Below are positions 1 through 11,869 of a DNA stretch of 64,000 bases, piece by piece. How positions within the stretch are numbered: position 1 is the first letter of the stretch; each line of letters begins with the position of its first letter. This DNA comes from Squalus acanthias (lineage: Eukaryota). Made by a program: the position numbers and the translations under genes. The DNA is taken from positions 140,990,001 to 141,054,000 of the forward strand of contig CM059431.1 in NCBI GenBank assembly GCA_030390025.1. The letters run 5' to 3'. A model generated the notes under the pieces. The model saw only the letters and a list, made by a program, of their open reading frames with translations, did no database searches and was not told the origin of the DNA.

Positions 1-1453
1 AGAATCAGAGACAGCTGCCGTGGGGGGAGAGAGAGAAAAAAAGGAAAAAGGCACGGACCAAAAGAGTGGATAAAATGTATACATATATGGTAGGGGCCGG
101 GGTTATGATCTGAAATTGTTGAACTCGATATTGAGTCCGGAAGGCTGTAAAGTGCCTAAACGGAAGATGAGGTGCTGTTCCTGGAGCTTACGCTGCGCTT
201 CCGTGGAACAATGCAAGAGGCCGAGGACGGTGAGGTCTGAGTGAGCGTGGAGGGGTGAATTAAAATGACAAGCGACCGGAAGCTCGGGGTCAACCTTCCG
301 GACTGAACGGAGGTGTTCCGCAAAGCGGTCACCCAATCTGCGCTTGGTCTCCCCAATGTAGAGGAGACCACATCGTGAGCAGCGAATACAGTATACTAAA
401 TTGCAAGAAGTACAAGTAAATCGCTGTTTCACCTGGAAGGGGTGTTTGGGGCCCTGGAGAGTGGGAAGGGGGGATGTATAAGGGCAGGTGTTGCATCTCC
501 TGCGCTTGCACGGGAAGGTGCCGGGTGAAGGGGAAGGGGTGCTGGGGGTGATAGAGGAGTGGACTAGGGTGTCTCGGAGGGAGCGGTCCCTACGGAATGC
601 TGAAAGGGGAGGTGAGGGGAAGATACGTTTGGTGGTGGGATCACGTTGGAGGTGGCGGAAATGGCGGAGGATGATCCGTTGAATGTGGAGGCTGGTGGGG
701 TGGAAGGTGAGGACAAGGGGAACTCTATCGTGGTTCCGGGAGGGAGGGGCCGGGGTGAGGGCAGAAGTGCGGGAGATGGAACGGGCACGGTCGAGGGCCG
801 TGTTGACCACGGTAGAGGGGAATCCTCGGTTGAGGAAAAAGGAAGCACTGGTATGGAAGGTGGCATCGTCGGAGCAGATGCGGCGGAGACGGAGAAACTG
901 GGAGAAGGGAATAGAGTCCTTACAGGAGGCGGGGTGGGAGGAAGTGTAGTCCAGGTAGCTGTGGGAGTCAGTGGGCTTGTAGTGAATGTTGGTCAATAAC
1001 CTATCCCCAGAGATGGAGACGGAGAAGTCGAGGAAGGGGAGGGAAGAGTCGGAGATGGACCATGTGAAGGTGAGGGAAGGGTGGAAATTGGATGGAAAGT
1101 GAATGAAATTGTCTAGTTCAGGGCGAGAGCAGGAAACGGCACCGATACAGTCGTCAATGTACCGGAAAAAGAGGTGAGGGAGGGGACCCGAGTAGGACTG
1201 GAACAAAGAGTGTTCCACATATCCCACGAAAAGGCAGGCATAGCTAGGACCCATGCGGGTACCCATAGCAACACCTTTGATTTGGAGGAAATGAGTGGAG
1301 TCAAAGGAGAAGTTGTTCAATGTGAGAACAAGTTCAGCCAGGCGGAGGAGGGTGGCGGTGGATGGGGACTGGTTGCGCCTCTGTTCAAGGAAGAAGCGGA
1401 GCGCCCTCAGGCCATCCTGGTGGGGGATGGAGGTGTAGAGGGATTGTACGTCC
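1..1453 (-). mobile_element. Penelope-like retroelement, 5'-truncated (C-terminal RT + GIY-YIG endonuclease); left arm of an inverted repeat
   Basis: ORF 103..1320(-) has RT motifs GVAMGTRMGPSYA and FRYIDD, then CKRRRCNTC and NLVYCIRCSRCGLLYIGET..R..EH (GIY-YIG). The minus-strand frame continues to DVQSLYTSIPHQDG near 1453. Confidence 0.92.
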
Positions 1454-2970
1454 CTATGCCTGCCTTTTCGTGGGATATGTGGAACACTCTTTGTTCCAGT
1501 CCTACTCGGGTCCCCTCCCTCACCTCTTTTTAAGGTACATTGACGACTGTATCGGTGCCGTTTCCTGCTCTCGCCCTGAACTAGACAATTTCATTCACTT
1601 TGCCTCCAATTTCCACCCTTCCCTCTTCTTCATATGGTCCATCTCCGACTCTTCCCTCCCCTTCCTCGACTTCTCCGTCTCCATCTCTGGGGATAGGTTA
1701 TTGACCAACATTCACTACAAGCCCACTGACTCCCACAGCTACCTGGACTACACTTCCTCCCACCCCGCCTCCTGTAAGGACTCTATTCCCTTCTCCCAGT
1801 TTCTCCGTCTCCGCCGCATCTGCTCCGACGATGCCACCTTCCATACCAGTGCTTCATTTTTCCTCAACCGAGGATTCCCCTCTACCGTGGTCAACACGGC
1901 CCTCGACCGTGCCCGTTCCATCTCCCGCACTTCTGCCCTCACCCCGGCCCCTCCCTCCCGGAACCACGATAGAGTTCCCCTTGTCCTCACCTTCCACCCC
2001 ACCAGCCTCCACATTCAACGGATCATCCTCCGCCATTTCCGCCACCTCCAACGTGATCCCACCACCAAACGTATCTTCCCCTTACCTCCCCTTTCAGCAT
2101 TCCGTAGGGACCGCTCCCTCCGAGACACCCTAGTCCACTCCTCTATCACCCCCAGCACCCCTTCCCCTTCACCCGGCACCTTCCCGTGCAAGCGCTGGAG
2201 ATGCAACACCTGCCCTTATACATCCCCCCTTCCCACTCTCCAGGGCCCCAAACACCCCTTCCAGGTGAAACAGCGATTTACTTGTACTTCTTGCAATTTA
2301 GTATACTGTATTCGCTGCTCACGATGTGGTCTCCTCTACATTGGGGAGACCAAGCGCAGATTGGGTGACCGCTTTGCGGAACACCTCCGTTCAGTCCGGA
2401 AGGTTGACCCCGAGCTTCCGGTCGCTGGTCATTTTAATTCACCCCTCCACGCTCACTCAGACCTCACCGTCCTCGGCCTCTTGCATTGTTCCACGGAAGC
2501 GCAGCGTAAGCTCCAGGAACAGCACCTCATCTTCCGTTTAGGCACTTTACAGCCTTCCGGACTCAATATCGAGTTCAACAATTTCAGATCATAACCCCGG
2601 CCCCTACCATATATGTATACATTTTATCCACTCTTTTGGTCCGTGCCTTTTTCCTTTTTTTCTCTCTCTCCCCCCACGGCAGCTGTCTCTGATTCTGCCA
2701 GCATTTCACACATTACCTTTTGTTTCTCAACCTGTCTCATTACCATCTCGTCTTGCCTTGAGCATCTCTCAATGTCTCTACTCACTAAAGACCATCCCTT
2801 TTGTTCTTTTATTCCTCCCCCCAGCCTCCCCCTTGCATTTTTATCTGTTTATTTCTTGCTCTCTCAGTTCCGACGAAGGGTTTCGACCTGAAACGTTAAT
2901 TCTCTTTCTCTCTCCACGGATGTTGCCTGGCCTGCTGAGTTTTTCCAGCGTTTTCTGTTGTTATTTCTGA
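1454..2970 (+). mobile_element. Penelope-like retroelement, 5'-truncated, with 3' terminal region; right arm of the inverted repeat
   Basis: From YACLFVG onward, ORF 1362..2594(+) is nearly identical to 103..1320(-). The 3' tail (2860-2970) matches tails at 5085-5190, 33530-33630 and 43003-43140. Confidence 0.92.
2866..2901 (+). ncRNA. Minimal type I hammerhead ribozyme motif, core-mutated
   Basis: AGTT-CCGACGA-agggtttcgacct-GAAA-CGTT-AATT. CUGANGA is changed to CCGACGA; palindromic AACGTT forms helix III. Confidence 0.6.
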
Positions 2971-3039
2971 TATATGTTTCTCTCTCGGATATTACAGCAA
3001 TCACTGAAAGTAGTTCAGGAAATATGTAAACCGGTTTCC

Positions 3040-4770
3040 CCCCGCGATTTCCCTCCCTGTGCGGGTCGGGTGCGGCCGGGGTCGGTGGCGGGTCGGTTGC
3101 GGCCGGGGTCGGTTGCGGGTCGGGTGCGGCCGGGGTCGATGGCGGGTTGGTTGTGGCCGGGGTCTGTGGCGGGTCGGGTGCGGCCGTGGTCGGTGGCGGG
3201 TCGCGGCCTCGCTCTGGAGAATTGGAGGAAGCGGGTTTGATGAAGCCATTTGATGACGCACACATTTAGTTTGACATTTGTGCTGTCAGTGATATAAAAT
3301 ATTGAGGTGCTGCAAACACTGACAACCTCTGCACAGAGGAGTTCGCCTGCACCCAGGCTCTCCCATAATTCCCACCATATGCTTATGGAGGGAGCCACAG
3401 CACGCGGGGAGGTTCTCTTCACTTCCAATTGTTGGAAGAGACAAACGCAGCCTCGTTGCACATTCCAGAGCTGGGCTAAAGCAGGAATGTCGTCAGGAGG
3501 ACCAGGCTGCAGTGGTGCAAACCTTTCAATTATCTCAGTAGATCACGAAACGTTACTGCAAAACCACACTCAACCTCATCCTGCTGTGCCACTCATCACA
3601 TCCCCTTCACACTGCCTTCCCTACCCTACACCTGCAGATTTTTACTCACACCAAATTAACTGGCACCTCCACCAATCCCTCTCTATCTATATAATCACAT
3701 CCCCATCACACTAACCATCCCTCACACTCACCCGCATCCTAATTCAATCATACCAACTACCAACACACAATTGTAGGAAATTGTGTGTTTTAGCCAATGT
3801 TCATGTGAAGTTTCTGTTAATGTGCTGTCAAACATTGAAATCTTTATTTTAAACACTTTCCGTTCTTCTACAGAGTTGTGTTCACCTTTGGATGTGGCTT
3901 AGTGAGTTGCAGTGAATGGTGAGACATAACGGTACCCCCCCCGCAATGCTGATGAGTGCGACAGGAATGGTTTGGGCATTGTAGGGATGCTTTATCTTGT
4001 TGCTGTGGGCTGGTGGCAACCTGGCGCATGATGTGGCATCCAGGGCGTGCAGCGTCAAGTGTATAAAATCTGGCCATGGTGAGGCCATCTCTGGCGTCCC
4101 GGTCAGCAATGTCAAGGGGTGTTGATGCCCTCTATGCTGTGCAGCATCAGGAGTTGCGGAACAGGTTGGTGGTGTTGTTGGTGCTGCTGGTGTGCCTGGT
4201 ACTGCTGGTGTTAGGGCTGATGGTGGTGGGACTCTGAGGCCTAAGTGAGGCATTATAAACCATACCCATGCTGATGTAATAGATGGCAGTTGAACTTGAG
4301 ATGACAGAAGCAATCTGCCAATGGTGAGAGTGTTTGCTCCAATGAGGGGTCACTGGATAGAGAGTTTGCTCCAAACACTTGCAACCTGCATAAAGCACAA
4401 TCTGTCATCCAAATGCAGTAAGCAAGTGCTTCTGTGCTTGGAAGGTGAACAGCTGTGAGATGGGATCTTTTATAGCACATTTCCAGCTGTCAAGTAATGA
4501 GATGATTCCACGGTCATTCAACTCCCGCCCAGCTTATCTGACGTGAGCCCCGAGCAGCGTGGACCACGTGGGCGACCTGATAAACTCTGTAGTTGATATA
4601 AAATAGTTGTCAATATTCTGTTAACAAAGGTCATAATGAACTGAATTGCCTCCCGCGCCGCTGCATGTCGGATCTGCTCAGCGCTGACAGACCCGACATT
4701 TGGGAAAGGCGGGTTGCGGGGGTTTGACAGCGGGGTCTGGATCCGCTGGGAAAAATTTCAGTTTCCACCC
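3040..4770 (+). mobile_element. Degenerate PIF/Harbinger-like DNA transposon remnant with Myb/SANT-like coding fragment
   Basis: APRLSHNSHHMLMEGATARGEVLFTSN (ORF 3307..3714) is paralogous to 23830..24180. Both copies start CCGCGATTTCCC. The right boundary is uncertain. Confidence 0.5.
3061..3203. repeat. GC-rich 27-bp minisatellite, about 5.3 copies
   Basis: Unit GCGGGTCGGGTGCGGCCGGGGTCGGTG begins at 3061, 3088, 3115, 3142, 3169 and 3196. Confidence 0.95.
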
Positions 4771-5084
4771 GTCTGTGTGACGCCTTTAAATGTCCCTCAG
4801 TCCGGTCTCATTCCCTGATGATCAGAATTACCCTCCTGGAATTCAGTGACCTGCTCCGTCATGTTTGGAGACATTTGTCTCAATTCTGCTGCTCCTTAAA
4901 TCCCGGATTTTATGGGAAAGGGGCGATTTTCCCACAATTAATGCTAAAGCGGTTATTCTCTGTACGTTATACTCTGTGCATTATAATAATCTGTATAGTA
5001 TCTCTGTGTGAGTTATAATGTGGAAAGCAAACTGCTGCTGTAAAATCCGTCCCCCAGGATTTTATATAACAAGGAGAACCTATG

Positions 5085-6400
5085 CTGAAATAAAAAAAGA
5101 AAATGCTGGAAATAACAGCAGGTCAGGCAGCATCTATAGAGAGAGAAACAGTGCTAATGTTTCAGGTCGAGGACCCTTCGACAGAACTGGAAAAATTTAC
5201 AGATGTAACAGATTTTTAAGCAAGTGTCGGGGCAGGGAAAGGTGGGGTTGGGGAGCGGAGGAAAGAACAAAAGGGAAGGTCTGTGATAGGGTGGAAGACA
5301 GGAGAGTTTAAAAGTCAAAAGGGATGATGGTGCAAGCAAAAGGAGATGGTAATGGGACAAGTTATGCAGCAAAAGATGAATCTAGATGATGTGTGAATGT
5401 CAATGGCAGAATCATCAACAGCCATCATGCGAGAGCAAAAAAGGGAAAAGGAAAAACAGTTATGAGAAAAATAACATAGGGGCCGAGTTTATCGTGTGAA
5501 GTTGTTGAACTCGATGCTGAGTCCAGAAGGCTGTAAAGTGCCTAATTGAAAGACGAGGCACTGTTCCTCGATCTAATGTTGTACTTCGTTAGAAGAGTTT
5601 TAGAGTCCGAGAACGGAGAGATCAGAGTGAGAGTGGAGCAGAGTATTAAAGTGATAGGCGACCAGAATCACGAGGTCACAATTCCGGACTGAGTGGAGGT
5701 ATTCCGCAAAGCGATCACCCAATCTGCATGTGGTCTCCGCAATGTAGAGGAGACCGCATCGTGAGCAGCGAATACCGTATACTAAATTGCAAGAAGTACA
5801 AGTAAAGCGCTGTTTTCCCTGGAAGGAATGTTTGGAATCCTGGCCAATGTGATGGGAAGAGGTAATAGGGCAGGTGTTGCATCTCATGCGCTTGCATGGG
5901 AAGGTGCCATGGGAAGGGGAAGGGGTGTAGGGGGTGATTGAGGAGTGGACCAGGCTGTCATGCAGGGAGTGGTCCCTTTGGAATGCTGAAAGGGGAGGTG
6001 AGGGGAAGATGTGTTTGGTAGTGGGATCACGCTGAACGTGGCGGAAATGGCGGAGGATGATCCGTTGAATGCGGTGGCTGGTGGGGTGAAAGGTGTGGAC
6101 AAGGGGAACCCTATCGTGGTTCCGGGAGGATGGGGAAGGGGTGAGAGCAGAAGTGCGGGAAATAGAATGGACAGGGTCAAGAGCCATGTCAACTACGGTA
6201 GAGGGGAATCCTCGTTTGAGGGAAAAGGAAGACATGTCGGAAGCACTAGTATGGAACGTGGCATCGTCAGAGCAGATGCGGCAGAGACGGAAAAAAATGG
6301 GAAAATGGACCAGCATCCTTACAGGAATCAGGGTGGAAGGAAGTGTATTCCAGGTAGCTGTAGGAGTCAGAGGGCTTATAGTAAATGTTTGTCAATAGCA
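5085..6400 (-). mobile_element. Degenerate Penelope-like element, 3' portion
   Basis: ORF 5600..6316(-) is homologous to the GIY-YIG region (CKRMRCNTC, LVYGIRCSRCGLLYIAET) and has the shared 3' tail. Confidence 0.88.
5152..5188 (-). ncRNA. Degenerate minimal hammerhead motif
   Basis: Reverse complement AGTT-CTGTCGA-agggtcctcgacct-GAAA-CATT, with substitutions in the core and in helix III. Confidence 0.45.
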
Positions 6401-7279
6401 GCAATAGAGTTTATTCTGTCCCGTTGCAAGTTTTAAAAGTCCCTGTACTCCTAGTTTATAGGGGAGGGGAGTCTCACACTTTATTCCCCATTACAATGGC
6501 ACTTCATTTATTTCAGGTGGAACTGGCCCGACAGTTTTGGGGGACTTTTCGGAAGTTCCCTCCCCGAGTGGGGCCTCACACACAGGGGGCAGATTATGGG
6601 GAATTACCGGATCACTGCCCCCGGTTTAACCAGGAGCCGCCCGCTGTGTGCGAGGCCCCACCGCTAGCCGGTGTGTGTCTGTACTCCAGGGCTAATACCC
6701 CTCCGGCAGATTTAAGATCCTGAATATCAATGTTTACTACATGTTCACGACTTTGTATAGTTGTAAACATTTACAGCTGAAAGAATTCCAGGTTCCCCAA
6801 TATTCCCAATCCAGGAAACTAACCCCTCGACAGGACAAACCCTGTACGGTATTGGAGTAAATATCGAACTGTTAGTGATTTCAACTCGGGTTTCTCTCCT
6901 GTTTACAGTTGAAATGGTGGATGTGGAAAATATTTTAAATTAATTTTATCCTTACTGCCGGATTATATTTTATGTTTATCTTCCGCTGTCCAGCCTTATT
7001 AAATATGATTTACTGTAATTAAATTATCAGACTCTCAGTGACCTGTATTTGCTGATCTGATAAAGACTGTAAAATCCTGACTTGTTCAATTGGATTCCTT
7101 TTAGATTCTCCAGTCCTTAGGGAATTACTAACCGACCCTCTTATTATTGGTCATAGTTGTGTTCAATCTGCTTCTCTCAGGTTTAACTGAATTGTTTGTT
7201 CACCTTCATTACGGATCAACAACACAATCCGTGACTGTTCTACAATTCACCCAACAGTTAGAGACAAATAAAGAGTTAC

Positions 7280-9014
7280 CTCAACACCCGGCATTTGTGC
7301 AGTACGGATCCCAGGCGCAAGAATCCTTCACACTGAATGTAGCAGTTCTCCAGATCGAGGTATTTTACTGTATCACAGAGTGCAATGACATGACACAGGA
7401 CCGCACAGTCAATCGGGGTCAATCTCAATCCACGAAATGTAAGAGATTTCACAGATCCCACTGTTTTCCGAGCCAGTGCTTTATTCTGAGACTCAAACAG
7501 GTAGTGGAATGTGTTCAGGAGGTTCCTTTTACCAGTTTCACTCTCTGTGTTTTCAATCTGTCCTTCAACCTTCTCCTTCAACCAATCAATCACTCGGCAA
7601 ATGGTTTTATAAAGAAATGGACCCAGAAACTCCTCCAGGGGCCGAGCTGCCTGTGGGGAGGAGAGACCAGCAACAAAACGGAGAAATATCTCAAATCGCC
7701 CATCTTCCTTGCTGTGGGATTCTGTGAGGAGTTTCTGGATGTCCCCGGGATCTGGAGTCAGGAATTGTGCGAGTGCGGCTACAAACTCTTGGATGGTGAT
7801 GTGCGGGAATGTGTACACCACATTCTGGACAGAATCATCTCTCTCCAAAAGTTCCTTCATGAACCCAGACAGGAACTGGGAAGGTTGCAGATTGTATTTG
7901 TTCAAATCTCCATTCCTAAATACAATCTTCTTCTCGGAGACTCCTGTGAAGGCCATCTCACCAAGTTTCAGTAACACATGGGGACTTTCAATCGCTCGGC
8001 CATGGTTTTTCAGAATGTTGTAAATATAGTAGGAATATAGTTGGGTGATCGTCTTGGGAACTCGCTGCTGATTCCTGTCTCTTTCTGTAAAGAAGGGACC
8101 CAGTGAGAGCCCGAGGATCCAGCAGTAGGAAGGGTTGTAGCACATGGTGTACAGCATCTCGTTCTCCTCCACGTGTTTGAAAACAGCTGCTGCCACCGTC
8201 TGATCTTCAAAAAACTTGTTGAAATATTCCTTCCGTTCTTCACCAACAAATCCCAGGATTTCAGCCCAGACACTGATCTCAGCCTTTTCCAATAAATGTA
8301 ATGCAGTGGGGCGGCTGGTCACGAGCACTGAACATCCTGGGAGCAGCTTGTGCTGTATTAAACTGTACATAATGTCAGACACTTCACACCAGCATTCGGG
8401 ATCTGTGCACATGGACTGAGGTTCTGTATTACTCCGATTGTCAGCAAAATCGATGCTGTCCTTGAATTCATCCAATCCATCGAATATAAACAACAATCGC
8501 TTCGGGTTCTTCCAGAGCTCTCCCAGAATTTTCCCAAAGTAAGGATACTGATCCAGTATCAGATTCCTCAGGTTTATTCTACAGTTAATAGCGTTCAAAT
8601 CGCGGAATTTAAAGCTGAAAACAAATTGAAAGTGTGGGTATATTTTCCCAGTGGCCCAGTCATGAATAATCTTTTGTACCATTGTTGTTTTTCCAATCCC
8701 CGCAACTCCGCTCACTGCTGCTGATCTCCCAGATTTGGATTTTCTCCGGGAAAAACTGCTCTGGAAGAATTGGTCAGTTCGGATTTTTTCCAGCTCTCTC
8801 CGGGGATGTTTCTCTCTCCACTCTTCATGGACTCGGCCTCTTGCCAGCAGTTCATGTTCTACAAGTGTCCAATCTCGAACAGCAGAAATGACCGTTAGCT
8901 CAGCGTATCGATCAACCAGCTGGAAAATCTTAACCTTATCCTGTATTAGGATGGTGTTCACTCTCAATGTTTCAGTTTGTTCCCGCAGTATTTCCTTGTG
9001 TTTCTGTTGAACAT
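7280..9014 (-). CDS. NLR gene, large NACHT exon (NACHT, winged helix, HD2, start of LRR region)
   Basis: Walker A GVAGIGKT, Walker B LLFIFDGLDE, sensor-1 VLVTSR, CYNPSYCW, FPHITIQEFVAA. Acceptor ctgaag|ATGTTC at 9014, donor TTGAG|gtaact at 7280. 1735 bp, open, phase 1 to phase 2. Confidence 0.95.
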
Positions 9015-9419
9015 CTTCAGTTAGAACAGACAGAAAGTGGTTTCAATTTTAGTTATATTGTCAACGAAATCTCCGATGTACTGCTCTGCTTTTCAGTAAA
9101 ATGTAACAGGAAATATTTTTAAATTTTAATCGTATACAGTAAGAAAACCAAAACAGTTCATCTGAATCTTGGTTGACAGGAAATTGCTGAGAGAAGTTTC
9201 AAATCTACAAGGGACACTAATATTTACTTAACATGCCGAGCTGGGTGAAGGTGAAATGTTCCCTCTGATGGTGAATACTACCTGCCGCACAATGTACTGC
9301 AGACATCTCATTACAAATCCACAGGTGATTCTGGTTATATGGCTGTAGTGGTTATAATGGATGAATGATTGAACCTCCCACCCAGCAGAGCTGAGCTTTT
9401 GTAAAAATAGCAAATCGGG

Positions 9420-10365
9420 AATTGGGCAGCACTGAGAGAGAGACAAGCTCACAATGTACTGATTGGGCAGCAGTGAGAGAGGGACAGGCTCACAATGTAC
9501 TGATTGGGCAGCACTGAGCGATGGACAGGTTCACAATGTACTGATTAGGCAGCAATGAGAATGTGACAGGCTCACAATGTACTGATTGGGCAGCACTGAG
9601 AGAGGGACAGGCTCACAATGTACTGATTGGACAGCAGTGAGAGAGGAACAGGCTCACAATGTACTGATTGGGCAGCACTGAGCGATGCACAGGTTCACAA
9701 TGTACTGATTGGGCAGCAATGAGAATGTGACAGGCTCACAATGTACTGATTGGGCAGCACTGAGAGAGGGACAGGCTCACAATGTACTGATTGGGCAGCA
9801 CTGAGCGAGGGACAGGCTCAAAATGTACTGATAGGGCAGCACTGAGAGAGGGACAGGCTCACAATGTAGTGATTGGGCAGCACTGAGAGAGGGTTAGGCT
9901 CACAATGTACTGATTGGGCAGCACTGAGGGAGGCGCAGGCTCACAATGTACTGATTGGGCAGCACTGAGAGAGGGACAGATTCACAATGTACTGACTGGG
10001 CAGCACTGAGAGGGGGACAGGCTCACAATGTACTGATTGGACAGCACTGAGAGAGGGACAGCCTCACAATGTACTGATTGAGCAGCACTGAGAGAGGGAC
10101 AGGCTCACAATGTACTGATTGGGCAGCACTGAGAGGGGGACAGGCTCACATTGTACTGATTGGGCTGCACTGAGAGAGGGAAACGCTCACAATGTACTGA
10201 TTGGGCAGCACTGAGAGAGGGACAGGCTCACAATATACTAATTGGGCAGCACTGAGAGAGGGACAGACTCACAATGTACTGATTGGGCAGCACTGAGAGG
10301 GGGACAGGCTCACAATATACTGATTGGGCAGCACTGAGAGAGGGACAGGCTGACAATGTACTGAT
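9420..10365. repeat. 41-bp minisatellite, about 23 copies, intronic
   Basis: Unit GATTGGGCAGCACTGAGAGAGGGACAGGCTCACAATGTACT repeated head-to-tail with no unique spacers. Confidence 0.97.
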
Positions 10366-10477
10366 GTTCCCCAAATATTTGATCAGTTCTTGGGTGAGCT
10401 CTTGCGAATTTCTATACATTTCCAGTTAACATTTCACAGGGAGATGTTAATATTATTGTGAAGGTAAAAAGGGGATT

Positions 10478-11580
10478 AACATCAACAACTTGAATTGATA
10501 TAGCCCTTTAAATTTGTACAAACGTCCCAAGAGGCTTAGCAGGAGCGTATTCAGATAACATGAAACACCGAGCCAAATAAAGAGATATTAGAACTGGAAC
10601 CAAAAGCGTGGCAAAAGCTAGAATTTTAAGAGTGAAAAAGCGATAAGTCGAGGTGGATAGCTTTGGAGAGGGAATTCCAGAGTTCAGGGTCGAGGCTGCT
10701 GAGAACACAGCCGCCAATAGTGGAGAGGTGAAAATCAGAGATGCACACATTTCAAAATTCAGGATTGCGGTCATCTCGAAGGGTTGTAGATCTGGAGCAG
10801 ATTGCAGAGATAGGGATGGCGAGGTCATGGAGGGATTGAAAACAAGGATGATAATTTCAAAATCAAGGCTTTTCCAGACAGGGAGCTGAAATTGGTCAGT
10901 GAGCCTATGGGTGATGGGTGAACGGAACTTGGTGTGAGTTCCGATTGGCACAGCAGAGTTTTGGATAAGCTCAAATTTACAGAGGATGGAACGTGGTTAG
11001 TTGACAAGCCTTAGAGTGTTGGAATAATTGAGACTGGAGATAACAAAGGCATAGATGAGGATTTCAGCATTAGGTAGGCTGAGGCAGGGGCACAGACAGC
11101 GAATGTTACTGCTTTGGAAGTAAGTGGTTTTGTTGATGGAGAGGGAACGGGAGCGAAAGGTCAGCTCAGGATCTAATAGGATGCTTTGGTTGCAAACAGT
11201 CTGGTTCAGACTCACACAGTTGGCAAGGAGAGGGTTGGAATCCATGGCTGGGGAATGGAGTTTGTGGTCGCGACCAACGATAATGGCTTTGGTCTGCCCA
11301 ATATTTAACAGGAGGAAGTGTTTGCTCAGCCAATACTGGATATCGGACAAGCTGCGTGACGCATCAGAGACAGTGGAGGGACTGAGAGAGATGGTGGTGC
11401 GGTAGACCTGAGTCTCTTCAGTGGAATGTGACATTGTATTTACGGATGATGTCGCCAAGGGGCAGAATGTAAATCATAAATAGGAGGGGGCCAAGGATAT
11501 ATCATTGAGGGATACCAGAGGTAACATTGAGGGAGCGGCTAGAGAACAATGTGCAGGATATTCGATTCTCTTGCTGCAAT
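10478..11580 (-). mobile_element. L2-type LINE 3' fragment, degenerate
   Basis: SDIQYWLSKHFLLLNIGQTKAII...AEILIYAFVISSLNYSN (ORF 10997..11458) resembles the L2 RT C-terminus. The tail ends ...CTTGGGACGTTTG...CAAGTTGTTGATG. Confidence 0.75.
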
Positions 11581-11584
11581 TGGA

Positions 11585-11850
11585 TGAATCATAGTCATAG
11601 AGTCATAACGGCAAAGTAGGAGGCCATTCGGCCATTGAGTCCGTGCCAGCTCTCTGCAGAGCAATCGAGTCAGTCCCATTCCCCCGCTCTATACCCGTAG
11701 CCCTGCAAGTTTATTTCCCTCAAGTGCCTATCCAGTCTTCCTTTCAAAACATTGAGTGTCTCCGCTTCCACCAATTCCGTCGGCAGCGAGCTCCAGGTCC
11801 TCATCACTCGCTACGTAAAAAGGTTTTTACTCACAACCCCCCTGTATCTC
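11585..11850 (-). mobile_element. CR1 LINE 3' tail fragment
   Basis: Reverse complement of the GGCCGAATGGCCT..(CTATGA)n tail seen in the other CR1 copies. Confidence 0.7.
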
Positions 11851-11869
11851 TTACTGTTTACATGATGGT

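Noticed and set aside
1362..1453. Novel N-terminus on the 410-aa plus-strand ORF
   Set aside because: It is antisense read-through of the left arm across the inversion junction.
2864..3461. Pro/Arg-rich repetitive ORFs
   Set aside because: Translations of the stop-free 27-bp minisatellite.
7147..7974. 275-aa plus-strand ORF
   Set aside because: Antisense shadow of the NACHT exon with no motifs of its own.
9420..10365. CRISPR-like array
   Set aside because: The units are contiguous with no unique spacers, there are no cas genes, and the context is a eukaryotic intron.
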